This document shows positions 52,130-64,000 of a stretch of 64,000 nucleotides of DNA, in pieces (the first letter of the stretch is position 1; every line of letters starts with the position of its first letter). Below the pieces are notes generated by a model. That model was not told where the DNA came from and did no database searches. It worked only from the letters and a program-made list of their open reading frames with translations. This DNA is from Octopus bimaculoides (lineage: Eukaryota), in the NCBI RefSeq assembly GCF_001194135.2, contig NC_068984.1, positions 133,427,498 to 133,491,497 on the forward strand, written 5' to 3'. The position numbers were made by a program, and so were the translations under genes.

Positions 52130-52325
52130 AGTACAGTCTGAGCCCATTTCTACCAAAGTTCAGAAGCTGGCAGAGAAAACCAACATTAGCTACCTGACCA
52201 GCACATTCAGTAACAAAAGATTACTAGATTACAGGGTGAGCAAGGCCAGCTCAGCATCTGAAAGATTGAAAAAGTGACTGTCAAACAAGAAGCAGGTGTC
52301 AGTCCCAGCGAAGCATAAAGTATAT
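52130..52325 (+). mobile_element. Highly decayed RTE/BovB-like RT fragment
   Basis: NISYLTSTFSNKRLLDYRVSKASSASERLKK*LSNKKQVSVPAKHKVY resembles FxYLGST..RISKASxAFGRL..TKxKVY. Confidence 0.5.
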
Positions 52326-53494
52326 TGAGCAACAGTGCTAGCTATTATTATTATTATTACACGGATTGTAGGCACAAAGGAAATTCTACAATGGCTTCAG
52401 CTTGTCCAAAGACTGGAAGAAACTTGGTTGCAAGTCAATTAACTATTAACATCCTGTATGGTATGAATCTGCCTGGTACCGCATCTGTCTGTCAGTCCTA
52501 TACTTCTCAAAACTACAAGTATCAAATTACCCCCATTTACATGGGTAATTTGATACATGTAGTCTGACAATCTAAAAGAAGTACGAACCTGTTGCAAGTG
52601 TTGTTGGTCCAAAAATACCTTTAGGAGAGCATTGATTCAACTCTCCCCATTAGGTTTCAATTGATACAACTACTCATCAAATTAATTTGTATATGGAACA
52701 AAAACAGCAGTAATTTTTGCTTATACAGGAGTTGATGAAATTTGTGTAGATACCTGAGGATGTTTTTTCTCTCTCAAAAGATTAACTAAGCTTACCTGTA
52801 AATTCCATCATGAATAAGTTACAAAAAGGTCAAGGAAAAACATTTTGTGACATTTGTATGCCCAGATCTATTACTAATTGCATTTAATTATCAACATCTT
52901 TCTTTCCACCATTTTTGACTGCCTTTATTTTTAGTTATATAATTAATTAACGATAGTATATGCACATTATTTTATGTATAATTGACCACATTAAAAATAA
53001 TCTTTCCTACAATACTATAAATTTTCACAATAATTTGACAAGTAAAGACTTTTAGGCCTTTTCTTCTCAATCATAACAGAACTGAGACTTTGGATCAAGA
53101 AAATTTTCAACACAATGTTAAAGATTAATAACTTTAGTCACACTTGACTAGTGCTATGGTAAATCAGAATAGACCCTGACTGAAATACATGTGGCTAAGT
53201 GTTAACTTGAAGAGATTAGACATAAATAATCATAGTTGGGACTGAAACCAGTAGAGGAGATCAACTCAGTTAAACTGATGCAACAACCTCTCTGACTATT
53301 TAAATAACACAAATTCCTGTCCACTTGCTTCAAGCCCAAAAGTTCTAAAGTAATTCGAATGCTTCTTGATCTTAACAGATGTAATCCACAGGAAAGAAAT
53401 GCAATAATTGCTGCAGAGCAAATAGAGACTTACTCCAGAAATATGACAACACATTAGTAGACAATCTCTTTACCAACTTAAAGTGTGATAATTC

Positions 53495-54070
53495 TTTTAT
53501 TCTTTTACATGTTTCAGTCATCTGACTGCAGCCATGCTGGAGAACCACCTTAAAGGGTATCGGTTAAAGAAATCGACCCCAGGATTTATTCTTTGTAAAA
53601 CTAGTACTTATTCTAGTGGTCTCTATTGTCGAACTGCTAAGTTACAGGGACATAAGCACACACACAGTCACATATATATATATATACATACATATTTCCG
53701 CTGTTTACAGCAGTTCTTGTGTGTACCATGTGATCGTCGCATTCACCATGAATCGGCATCAAATTTTGTCAGAGGTCTACGCAAAGTTACAGAAAATGTA
53801 TGGCGAGGAGTGCATGAGCCAAAAAAATATTGATAGCGATGAACATTCTGGGAGATCCGCAACCAACAGAACTGAGAAAAGCACTGCAGATGTGAGGGAA
53901 AATCGTCAAATCACCATCTGTGAATTATCAGAGGATGTGTAGATTAGTTCAGTTAAGTCCATTATCACTGAAGATTTGGGTACGACACCTAGGCCAAGTA
54001 TCATCTTCTCTAGAATCAGGCCAACCAAAGCCATGTGAGTGGATTTGTTAGTGAAAGAAATGTGTGTGTG
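53495..54070. mobile_element. Minus-strand SINE interrupted by a mariner N-terminal fragment (about 53720-53990, plus strand)
   Basis: SEVYAKLQKMYGEECMS..DEHSGRS..VRENRQITICELSEDV..SVKSIITEDLG lies between two halves of the SINE. Confidence 0.75.
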
Positions 54071-55448
54071 CGTGTGTGTGATTTCTAGCCTTGACATCGC
54101 ATGACAGCAGCAAATGAGTCATTGTCATACAAACAGTATTATTCATTTCCAATATTCTGTGATAACATGGTGAAATATTACCTTGCTTAGAAATGGGGAC
54201 AGGAAGGACATTTGGCTATAAAAAACTTGCTTCATCAAATTCCATCTAACCCATGCAAGCATGGAAAAGTGGATGTTAAAACAACAAAAGTAATCACTAT
54301 GTTGTCTGTACTGTTCTTTTGGAAAATTTGCAGTCAGGAGCTGCTACCTTTTTTTTTTAAAATGTGTAACCCTAAATAATTTTTCTTCTAATTACGTATC
54401 TCTTACACAGATATTAGCAAAATCTCCTGAATAACTAATATTATAACTATCAAATTGGTTTTCTACATGATATGATAATTCCTTGAAACAGAGTCAGATT
54501 TTCTGATAATTTTTACACCAAGGCCAACCCTCATCAAGCAGACCTATGAACCAAAGCTTTCTAGCAATGACCATCCAACCTTTTTGTAGTTTATTTTAGA
54601 CTACAAACCCTTTGATACCAACCCTGGCTCCATGTTAAAATGCTCCTGATTTCTAAACCTGCCTTCTGTTCAAACTAGCTAGATCCAGCCCCTCACACCT
54701 ACCTACAAGGTGATTCTAAAATTCAACAATCACATCATTGAACTCTCAAAACCATGAAATAATGCAGGATGATTTCAATACAATGAGAATAAATAAGGAT
54801 TACATTTGATAAAATAATCTGAATGCTAAAACGTTAAAGTAATCTAAACCAAAATCTTCCATTAAAAATTCATTTTGATTTTTGTTTCATATACCTGATT
54901 AATAATGACAAATTTGTCTAAATTCCTCATTATTTTCAAAATTAATTGAAACAAACACAGCATATTTCAATAGAAATATGGTAACAAAAAATTAAAGATG
55001 GAAGAATATGATTTGAGAGAGAATAGGCTGCTATTTCTAACATGTTGATGCTTTATCAGTTTTACCATGCAGAAGGTTTGGCATCATTTAGTCAGCCATG
55101 AACTTGGGGTCAAGAACATTAAGCTAGACACTGCACATCAAAATTATACATGCTCTTAAAATGAAATGAAGTGAAAAGGCAATCAAAATCTGTTCAGCTT
55201 TTGTGGTTGCTTAGTCAGTTTTATGAGTAATAAGCTACTGACATTAGTGATCCAGTTTATTGTCTCATCCCCTCCAGATATTTACCAGAACCAATGGAGC
55301 AAGTCATTGCCAATTGATGTGTCTCTTAATGTCAACATTACAACTGTAGCATGAAGCAGGAATGCAACAATGGTTTATACAGTACAACAGATCAGTTCTA
55401 ACAAGTGTAGCATAAAGAGGTATTGAGAAACAGATGAGCAAAAACAAG

Positions 55449-55450
<2 letters not shown>

Positions 55451-55526
<76 letters not shown>
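55451..55526. repeat. (GT)n microsatellite
   Basis: Seen directly in the sequence. Confidence 1.
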
Positions 55527-55529
<3 letters not shown>

Positions 55530-55564
55530 GAAAGCTCTCTGCAAAGCTGTTTGTAAATAAAATG

Positions 55565-55599
<35 letters not shown>

Positions 55600-58291
55600 C
55601 AAAGATAGATGGAAAGAGAAACTAGTTAGAAAGAAAGAGGAAGAGAACTAGATGGAATAATGTAGACAGACCAACCAACCAACCAAGTGGGAAAGATAAA
55701 GGCATGGAGGGATGGGGGGTGGGGACAAAAGAAAGCATCTGGAACAAGAACGTATGAGAGAAATAGATCCAAACAGCAGGAACAGAAAGACAAAAGGGAT
55801 AAGCTTACAGAGATAGATAAAGGAAAAGGTACGGAATAGAGAAAGATAAGGACACGAAAAGGGTATACAGAGGGGAGAGAATTTTCAAGAGTCAAGCAGA
55901 TAGCTAAATAGCGATATATATACGACAGTGTGTGTGTGTGTGTGCGCGCACACATCAGATAAAACCTATAGTTATAGTAACTTTGTAAGATACACACACA
56001 CACACGCACTACTCATAACTATTCATTCTAGACAGCTTATCAGTCTCATACATCACTTATCATGCTCAAACCGTCTAGTTGCCTTAACTATAACCAGGTG
56101 CAGCATTGCTGTTCGTTAGGTAGCAGCATGTTGCACCCACTACTTCATATAGCTACACACTGTACTTTGCAATGAAGCTACATACTGCTGCAGTGAGAAT
56201 CAGAGAAACAAGGCTATTACAACAAACACACACACACACACCTTGCAGTAGAAGTTCAGGTGCCACAATTCAGCTACTAATGCTAATAGTATTAATGTGA
56301 GTGCTATAGATTATCTGCTATTTGGCAACACATCTAGGTGAAATACCGGCTTTCTAATGAATGACACACTTTACAGAGAGATATTTACCTGTACAGACAG
56401 GCAGATAACAAGACATAACACTGAGAGAGAGAGAGAGTATAAGGAGCTGCACACGGAAATACAGCTTTTGAAACATAAATATGTAAAATTAAAGCCTGGT
56501 ACAAATGTAAAAAGAGTCTTACAATGAGAGGAATGAGTGTGACAAAGAGAGAGAGATGGAGAGAAAATTAGACAAAAACAGAGATGATGGAGAGAAGAGA
56601 GAAATCTTGAGATGGCAACACCCACATACAAATTTTTGTAATGGCTGTAATTCCCTCAAGTAGTTTGCAGTAGATTGTCTGTCTCCATGCCATTTGGTAT
56701 AATGTGACAACAGAATCACAATCTTGATAATTATGCATAATGTGTGTGTGTGTGTGTGTGTGTGTTGACAAGCAAAAACTCACATATGTTGGCTGTAAAC
56801 TAACCAGCTTCAAATTCAAGCCTTACTAACCAAACAACAAACCACACATTACAACAACATGCAATCCTTCACTGCAAGGTCCGTAACCGTATGGACTACT
56901 TTTACAATGCCTTGCTGCACTAACCCATGCATTTTACCTCCAACCCAATCAACTGTGGCTGGTGGCTCTTTTGCTTTTCTTCTGTTTTTGCTCAACATGA
57001 CAAATAAAATAATGTTTTAAGCCATCAACATCACAAAACAACTTGGTTTTTTTGGCCTCTCCTCCACCCACACACATTCAGGCATCAAGAAACAGCAATA
57101 CAACACAGCATCACTGCATCTCAACCAATCACTGCACAGCAGAGTGTGCAACATGGTTTCAGAATACAGTGAACACACATCAGTAGTGCCATACCTGAGT
57201 AGTTGATGGCTACTTCTATAGCATAAGTCTTCTCAAGGGTAATCAATAAAATTCCCAAAACTATACAGCAAAACTCTTCATTGCAAAGACAGCAGACCAA
57301 GCAAAGGACTGATTCCCTTCCTTCCCAGCTGACCACACCCATCTCTCTCTCACCTCCCAATCAAACCCTGGTCCAAATTACACCAGGTTTAGGCACAAAT
57401 ATACTCCATCTAAGCATCTATGGTACAACATTTTCTCTCTTCTTCAAAATCAAAAGTATATACCAGTAGAATAATAAATACAACTGTGTTAAGTTCTTAC
57501 ATTATATATGGTCCAAAGGCATATATTTGATGTTAACCATCATTTGCCAAGTAGATTCATATGAGCTTATACTATGACTTGAATTTATTTACCAAGAGAC
57601 AGGGATAATATTTTTATGAGGAGAAAATAGAGAAGCATTAATATAGACATACGGAAAGGTAAGATGGAAAAGAGATATAGAGAAAGAGTAAAACAGACAA
57701 AATAAAAAGAAGAGAGAAAAACAATTGAAAAGAGAGAGAACAAGACAGCAGGAAAAAGAGAGAGATATATACATATTGATAAACAAACGTATCAATATTT
57801 TGGCCACTACACAATCAAATGTGTGCGTGCGTGTGTGTGTGAATAAGAGCTGCAAAATTAGATAATCCACTGCAGTTCAGTGCAAACAGTGTGTGTGTGT
57901 GTTTAATTCAGTTAAAGCAGCAGTCAGTTGGCAAATCTGATTATATTGCTATAAGAACTGGCATTGATTTTTCATTTGTTGCTGCAGCTATTCAGAAGAA
58001 ATTGGCTTTCAATGTACAACGTCACCGAAGCTCAACTGGTTCTATTTTCATAGGAAGCAGGCTGACATAAAAGTGCTGCTTTGCTGTCACAAGACTTATG
58101 TGTCAGAGAAGAAGTTTTAAACATCTAAAAACCAATTCTATACACCAGAAAATGACTACAAACAAAACCAGATCTATCAGCATACACCCAAAGATAAACC
58201 TTGAAATTAAGATTTATTAAGCTATACTGCTGAACAGAGCTATCTAACCCATGGTAATAGTGAGGAAAAAAAATATTAAGTTAATCATCAT

Positions 58292-58760
58292 AGGTGCAAG
58301 AGTGGCTGTGTGGTAAGTAGCTTGCTTACCAACCACATGGTTCTGGGTTCATTCCCACTGCGTGATACCTTGAGCAAGTGTCTACAATAGTCTCGGGGCG
58401 ACCAAAGCCTTGTGAGTGAATTTGGTAGACAGAGAACTGAAAGAAGCCTGTCGTATATACGTATATATATNNNNNNNNNNNNNNNNNNNNNNNNNNNNNN
58501 NNNNNNNNNNNNNNNNNNNNNNNNNNNNNNNNNNNNNNNNNNNNNNNNNNNNNNNNNNNNNNNNNNNNNNNNNNNNNNNNNNNNNNNNNNNNNNNNNNNN
58601 NNNNNNNNNNNNNNNNNNNNNNNNNNNNNNNCGGTTCGGCAAAAGAGGCGATAGAATGAGTACTAGGCTTCCAAAGAATAAGTCCTGGGGTCGATTTGCT
58701 TGACTAAAGGTGGTGCTCCAGCATGGCCACAGTCAAATGGCTGAAACAAGTAAAAGAGTA
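58292..58760 (+). mobile_element. CORE-like SINE with an assembly gap in its internal microsatellite
   Basis: Head at 58292-58460 and tail at 58632-58760 match 51205-51563. Confidence 0.88.
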
Positions 58761-59217
58761 ATGTCAGATTTCTGTGCGGACATGGGTTGGACAATGGAGT
58801 TGATGATAGAAATTTTTCTTTGAAACAAATTCTGACAATGCTAAATCACAAGACAGACCAATTATAAGGATCCGAAGCTAGCATTCCATAAAATGCAGAT
58901 AAACTCAGTAAAAACTTAATTAACCATGATTTTGTTTGAGAGGATTCATTAGCATTTTAAGAGAAAAATATGACGTTGTAACATTCATTCATTTGCTAAG
59001 AGCTTTAATAACAAATAGCTCCAGTTAAGAATAGAAATTAAGTTGCAAACAATGCAACCACCAGAGAGTCTTTAACTATAAAAGAACCGAGCTGAGACCC
59101 TCTATGTGGCCTTTTCATCTTGCTAGAAATAGCAGCTAAATCTCCTCCAAATTACACTGTCTTCAGAAACTGAAAACAGAGGAGAGCTCTTTATTCAAGT
59201 GATTCTTTTAATGATGG

Positions 59218-59520
59218 TTAGGCATGTAGCTTAGTGGTTAGAATGTTCGGTTCATGACTCTGGAGGCATGTTGTGTCCTTGAGCAAGACACTTATTTCAC
59301 TTTGCTCCAATTCACTCAACTGGTAAAAATGGGTTGTACCTGTAATTCATAGCACCAGTCTTGTTGCACTGTGTTACACCAAATCAATCTGAGTACTATG
59401 TTAAGTGGAGGTATGTCTGTGGAATGCTCAGCCGATGCACATTAATTTCACAAGCAGAATGTTCTGCTGATCAGATTAACTGGAACACTTGTCATTTTGA
59501 CCAACGGAGTGCCTCTCACA
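59218..59520 (+). mobile_element. tRNA-derived SINE, degenerate
   Basis: gtagcttagtggttagaatgttcgg..gtgtccttgagcaagacactt..gtatgtctgtggaatgctcagcc..gagtgcc. Confidence 0.75.
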
Positions 59521-60044
59521 TACTAAACCTACCTAATAATCATTTACAGATGAAAGGAATAGTGTCAAGTCCTTAGATTTCACAAATATCAAAGTAGTGA
59601 CTTCTGTCAGACTACATAAATGGCCTTACATGACAAAGAATATAGGAAATATCAGGCTGATGAAGTTTGCATGGTTAATGTCCTTCTTGACCAAGTGTAG
59701 AAAAACAACGACTCCAGTGATATTGTGGTAAGAAAGTATTATGTAGTGGTTATTGTTGAGCCTTGAGAGTTGAATGCAAAAGGGATCACACAAGGAGAAA
59801 AGAAGTGTGAAACAAGAACACTGAAACATAAGTGCCACATAAATTCATACCAAACAGAAAAATAGGCCTTTTGTGGATGTCTGTGTTGCAGTAGCATCTC
59901 TGTCCCATATGTGGAAACTGTATTCCATTGAGTCTCACTTGAGATTTGCAAAGGGGCAACAGGGGTAGTAGAGTTGGTGTCCTCTTCTCAAAAAGAAGGT
60001 CATGTATCCTGATCATTAGCAAATTGTAAAATGAAGATTTGGGT

Positions 60045-60305
60045 CAATGCCCCCACCCTCGACTGGCAGCACGCAAAAAGCACCATCCAAATGTGGCCAA
60101 TGCCAGTGCCGCCTGACTGGCTCCCATGCCAGTGGCATGTAAAAAGCACCCACAACACTCTCGGAGTGGTTGGCATTAGGAAGGGCATCCAGTTGTAGAA
60201 ACATTGCCAAATCTCAGATTGGAGCCTGGTGTAGCCTCCTGGCTTGCCAGTCCCCAGTCAAACCGTCCAACCCATGCCAGCATGGAAAACGGATGATGAT
60301 GATGA
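60045..60305 (+). mobile_element. RTE-type 3' end with about 1.3 tandem units
   Basis: Same unit and tail as 34905-35310. Confidence 0.85.
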
Positions 60306-60758
60306 AGAGTACTAACTATAAATGTATTGCCATGAACATGCATATTCATGCTCTCCTACAAGTTTGTCTTTGTACTAAAGCCACATTATAAAAACATTTA
60401 ATATGGAAACATTTAACTCTGCTTTCTTCGGCCATTTACTCCTACCCTATCTCTCTATGTACATGTGCTCACGGGTGCATGCCTGCACACGTATATGTGC
60501 GTGTGTAGTATTTTGGAATTGGTTCTTCAAGTACATAAAACCATAAATAATAACATGTAAAAAATAGGGTAGAAAAATACTTTTAGATAGAACAAGTCAA
60601 AGGCTGCCAATGGGACTTGAACCCATGATTCAATTTCATAAAGAAATTACTCCACATTTCCTTCAAAGTTACTAAATTCTTACAACATATATTACATATA
60701 TACACATACATTCATACACACATATACACACACAAAAACAAAAGAAACAGATACTTAC

Positions 60759-60908
60759 TTCAAGACTTCCTCTTTTGTTTTGTTAGTGAACAAAAGTCCT
60801 GCCTGACCTCTCAGCTGAGCACTCAATTTGTGTAAATTTTCACGGTACTCAGTTTCAATAGATTTCCCTAAGGCTAATGCCATTACTTTGTTTTTGCCAA
60901 AGAAAAAT
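60759..60908 (-). CDS. MRTO4: mRNA turnover protein 4 homolog exon (most 5' exon in the window)
   Basis: ttttttccag|ATTTTTC...TTGAA|gtaagt; [49 protein letters not shown] compares with human [31 protein letters not shown]. The trailing AA plus A from 31527 gives Lys in frame. Confidence 0.96.
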
Positions 60909-61639
60909 CTGGAAAAAAGCGAATTAGAATGATTAGGGTTTGATAAAACTTGCCATAATTTTATTCTTCTTATTACTAAAAGCTGGCATTTGCATTAGAG
61001 TACTGCAAATGCCAATGTATAAGATGACTGGGTATATAAGACAACCCCTGAAATTTCCATTTAAAATGCAGGTTTTGAACAACATTCACTGTATAAGACT
61101 ACCCAGCTACAGTTCAAAACTATAGTTAACAAGTGTTGGGTTTGATTAAATTTGTGAAGCTTTTGGAAGATAGATGTACATGTTCTGTTATAATCTACAC
61201 CAAACCAAAGCCAACGCTTGTAAACTACAGTTATATAAAGGTTATCAAAGTTATGAAGGCCTCTACCTAGTGAATAAGACAATGTTCCAATAGTCACAGA
61301 AACACTGGAATATGGCACAAGTTTACTGCCAAAAGTTTACTATCCCATTAGTTCTTTAACAATTATATTTATAACCAAAGTTGATAAACATACAACTACA
61401 AATATATTTCAAGTATATAAGGTGGTGCTCCAGCATTGCCACTGTCAAATGACTGAAACAACTAAAACAATAAAAGAAAAAACTTGCTGTCAATTTTTTA
61501 CCATCATATGCATCAAAAATGCTGAGCTGGTGTAGCATCAGTACTCAGACATTGGTTATTTTACAGGAACTAACATGGTGTTCAGTGTAATTTTAACATT
61601 TACTTGAAATGGGTTTACTAATTTATTTACAATCTGTAT

Positions 61640-61925
61640 AATATTCTTTTCTGCTCTAGGCACAAGACTCAAAATTTTTGGGGAGGGGGGGGCAATCTAT
61701 TAGATCGACTCCAGTACGCAACTGGTACTTAATTTATCAACCCTGAAAGGATGAAAGGCCAAGCGGAATTTGAACCCAGACAAAATACCGCTAAGCATTT
61801 CGCCTAGTGTGCTAACATTTCTGCCAGCTCGCCGCCTTAGTTGACCATGGCAGAATTTGAACCCAGAACATAAAAAGACAAAATACTGCTAAGCATTTCG
61901 CCCAGTGTGCTAACATTTCTGCCAG
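61640..61925 (-). mobile_element. tRNA-head SINE with tandemly duplicated head
   Basis: Two copies of gaatttgaacccaga..aaaatac(c/t)gctaagcatttcgcc(t/c)agtgtgctaacatttctgccagctc. Confidence 0.85.
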
Positions 61926-63324
61926 CTCACTGCCTGTACAATATTGTAAGTGTAGCCTTGATTACCACCGATTGCTGGTGTTTACATGACATGTGCTGTA
62001 AGGTTGAAATATATTTCATATGGATTTATATACTTCAACCCATCAACCAGTGAATAGAAGATATGTGAAGGCACCTGATCAAGAAAATACATGACAGTGG
62101 AAGCTTCAAAGGAGGTGGGCCTCAAATTTGGTGTTAATGAATCTACCAGTCATTCCATTTATAAAGTGTGTGATGAGGATTCATTTATTACTATGTTTTT
62201 TTGGGGGAACCAAGCCCTATTATAAAGCAAGAAAGACAAACTGTAATATATTAGAAATTTAGGTAGACAGCAATTTATAAACTGTTTTGCTTCAAAAAAT
62301 CAGTGTTATGGTTCAGAATTTTATTTGGTGTCTATGGAAACTCATGGCTTTGGAGCAACATTTTTTCTTTTTTTTTTTTTTTAAGTTTTCAATTCCAACA
62401 TACACAGTAACCAAAGTTACAACACCAAAATCACTTTAAAACATTGGGCAACATTTCACTATAAATTCTCACACGAACAAAGTGTAATGAAGGTGATACA
62501 TGTTTTAATCTATCAAGTCAAAGAGACTATTTGAATGAGAAGGAAGTAAATTTTAGAAGGAAACGATTATCAAGAGGACACATAGATATGTTTAGTGGCA
62601 AAAGAGGTGGGGAATGAAAAGCAGAACACTGTATGAAGCCAGCAGTTTATAAATAGAGGTAATCTGCAGAGCCTTACCACTTAAGTTGATATGATTCAAC
62701 TGCAGTAGCAGCTGATCACAATCACTGCCCACTTATTACAGTTTTCATAATGAACTGTTGTTGGGTGGTCAGATGATTAACTCTGGCCACCAATGGGACT
62801 TGAATCTCAGGTCGAAATTTCAAATCAAGAACACTAATAGCCAGGATACTGCAAAGCATCCAATCCATTGCCCTGGACTGGTGCACTATTTATCTACTGT
62901 GGAAGGACGAAAGCCAAAGATGAACTCAGAATTCTGAGAATCAGAATAATAGAGTGAAGGCATTCTATCTGATTCTCTAGTGACTAACAATTCGCCACCT
63001 AACTAAATATAGCTCAACCCAATAGATAAGCAGAAAAATTTAGTTCACTTGCACTTTATGTTTAAGATTTCATTTGAGATTCCTTTCTCAGTCGTTACTA
63101 TTAAGGATATGATCTCCACATTAAACACTGTCAGTTAACTTCTCATTGGCCAACAACATATACAACTAGTTCGCAACATTTCCTTAGATACACAAAGGAC
63201 AAAGAATTCTGTGATACCTTTAGAAAGATATGGGATTCATGAACTATCAATACCTTAAAAAATTTGCTCACTGCTGCTGCTGCTGTTGCTACTACTACTA
63301 CTACTACTTCAACTAGTAATAATA

Positions 63325-63510
63325 ATAATCCTTTCTACTGGAAGCACAAGACCTCAAATTTGGGGGAAGGGATTAAGTCGATTACATCGACACCAGTGTG
63401 TAACTGGTACTTGTTTAATTGACCCCAAAAGGATGAAAAGCGAAGTCAACCCTGGTGGAATTTGAACTCAGAATGTAGCACAGACAAAATACTGCTAAGC
63501 AGTTTGCCCA
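63325..63510 (-). mobile_element. tRNA-head SINE with (ATT)n tail
   Basis: Same family as 61640-61925. Confidence 0.8.
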
Positions 63511-63539
63511 GTGTACATTTGTTCTTTTGATCTTTATAG

Positions 63540-63782
63540 CAAGGCTGTGGAGTCAAATCAAAAAACTGCGACTCCAACTTCTCTTTATATAATCAAGTGA
63601 TTGTGGTCTACATATCTCATAAAGCATATATGCCTATGCTTGTACTTTGAGTCGGCCTATATGTTATAACTGGTTTATATTAAAGAATAAAGACATTGTG
63701 AGTCGGAATCAGAGTCGGTATAGTTTTACTGACTGACTCCAGCTACCCCTTAATTGTTTCCAACTCCGACTCCATAGCCCTG
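63540..63782. mobile_element. hAT-type MITE with GGAGTC/GACTCC subterminal repeats
   Basis: TIRs CAAGGCTGTGGAGTC and GACTCCATAGCCCTG; perfect 8-bp TSD CTTTATAG on both sides. Confidence 0.9.
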
Positions 63783-64000
63783 CTTTATAGGCCAAATCAG
63801 AAACTTCACAGCATAAATAAACATCACTGTTGCCAATGCAAATAAATGCAGATGCACACAACTCTCTATCAACATCATTCACAAGGCATAAGGCTAACCC
63901 GAGGTTTTAGAAGGCACTCAGTGCTGCATAGTGAAACTGAACCTGAAACCACGTGGTTGTGAAGCAAACTTCTTAAGCACACAGCCATACCTGTGAAATA

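Overview
AT-rich, microsatellite- and transposon-dense animal genomic DNA. The SINE/LINE repertoire looks like octopus (coleoid cephalopod), which is an inference. There are four N gaps. Two spliced minus-strand protein-coding genes can be built with consistent GT-AG phases: a complete three-exon MFSD4/NaGLT1-like MFS transporter (10642 to 6826, 431 aa), and the last five coding exons of MRTO4 (ribosome assembly factor Mrt4; 60908 to 25973), which include one 29.2-kb intron and whose 5' exons lie outside the window. The rest is mostly tRNA-derived SINEs, RTE/CR1 LINE fragments, mariner remnants, hAT/piggyBac/mariner MITEs and Penelope-like element (PLE) fragments. The most interesting signals are hammerhead-ribozyme-like folds. 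One sits directly downstream of a PLE GIY-YIG ORF that carries a ~100-aa in-frame insertion. Another (15546-15601) has its core C3-G8 tertiary pair swapped to G3-C8. Most short ORFs in the supplied track appear to be noise.
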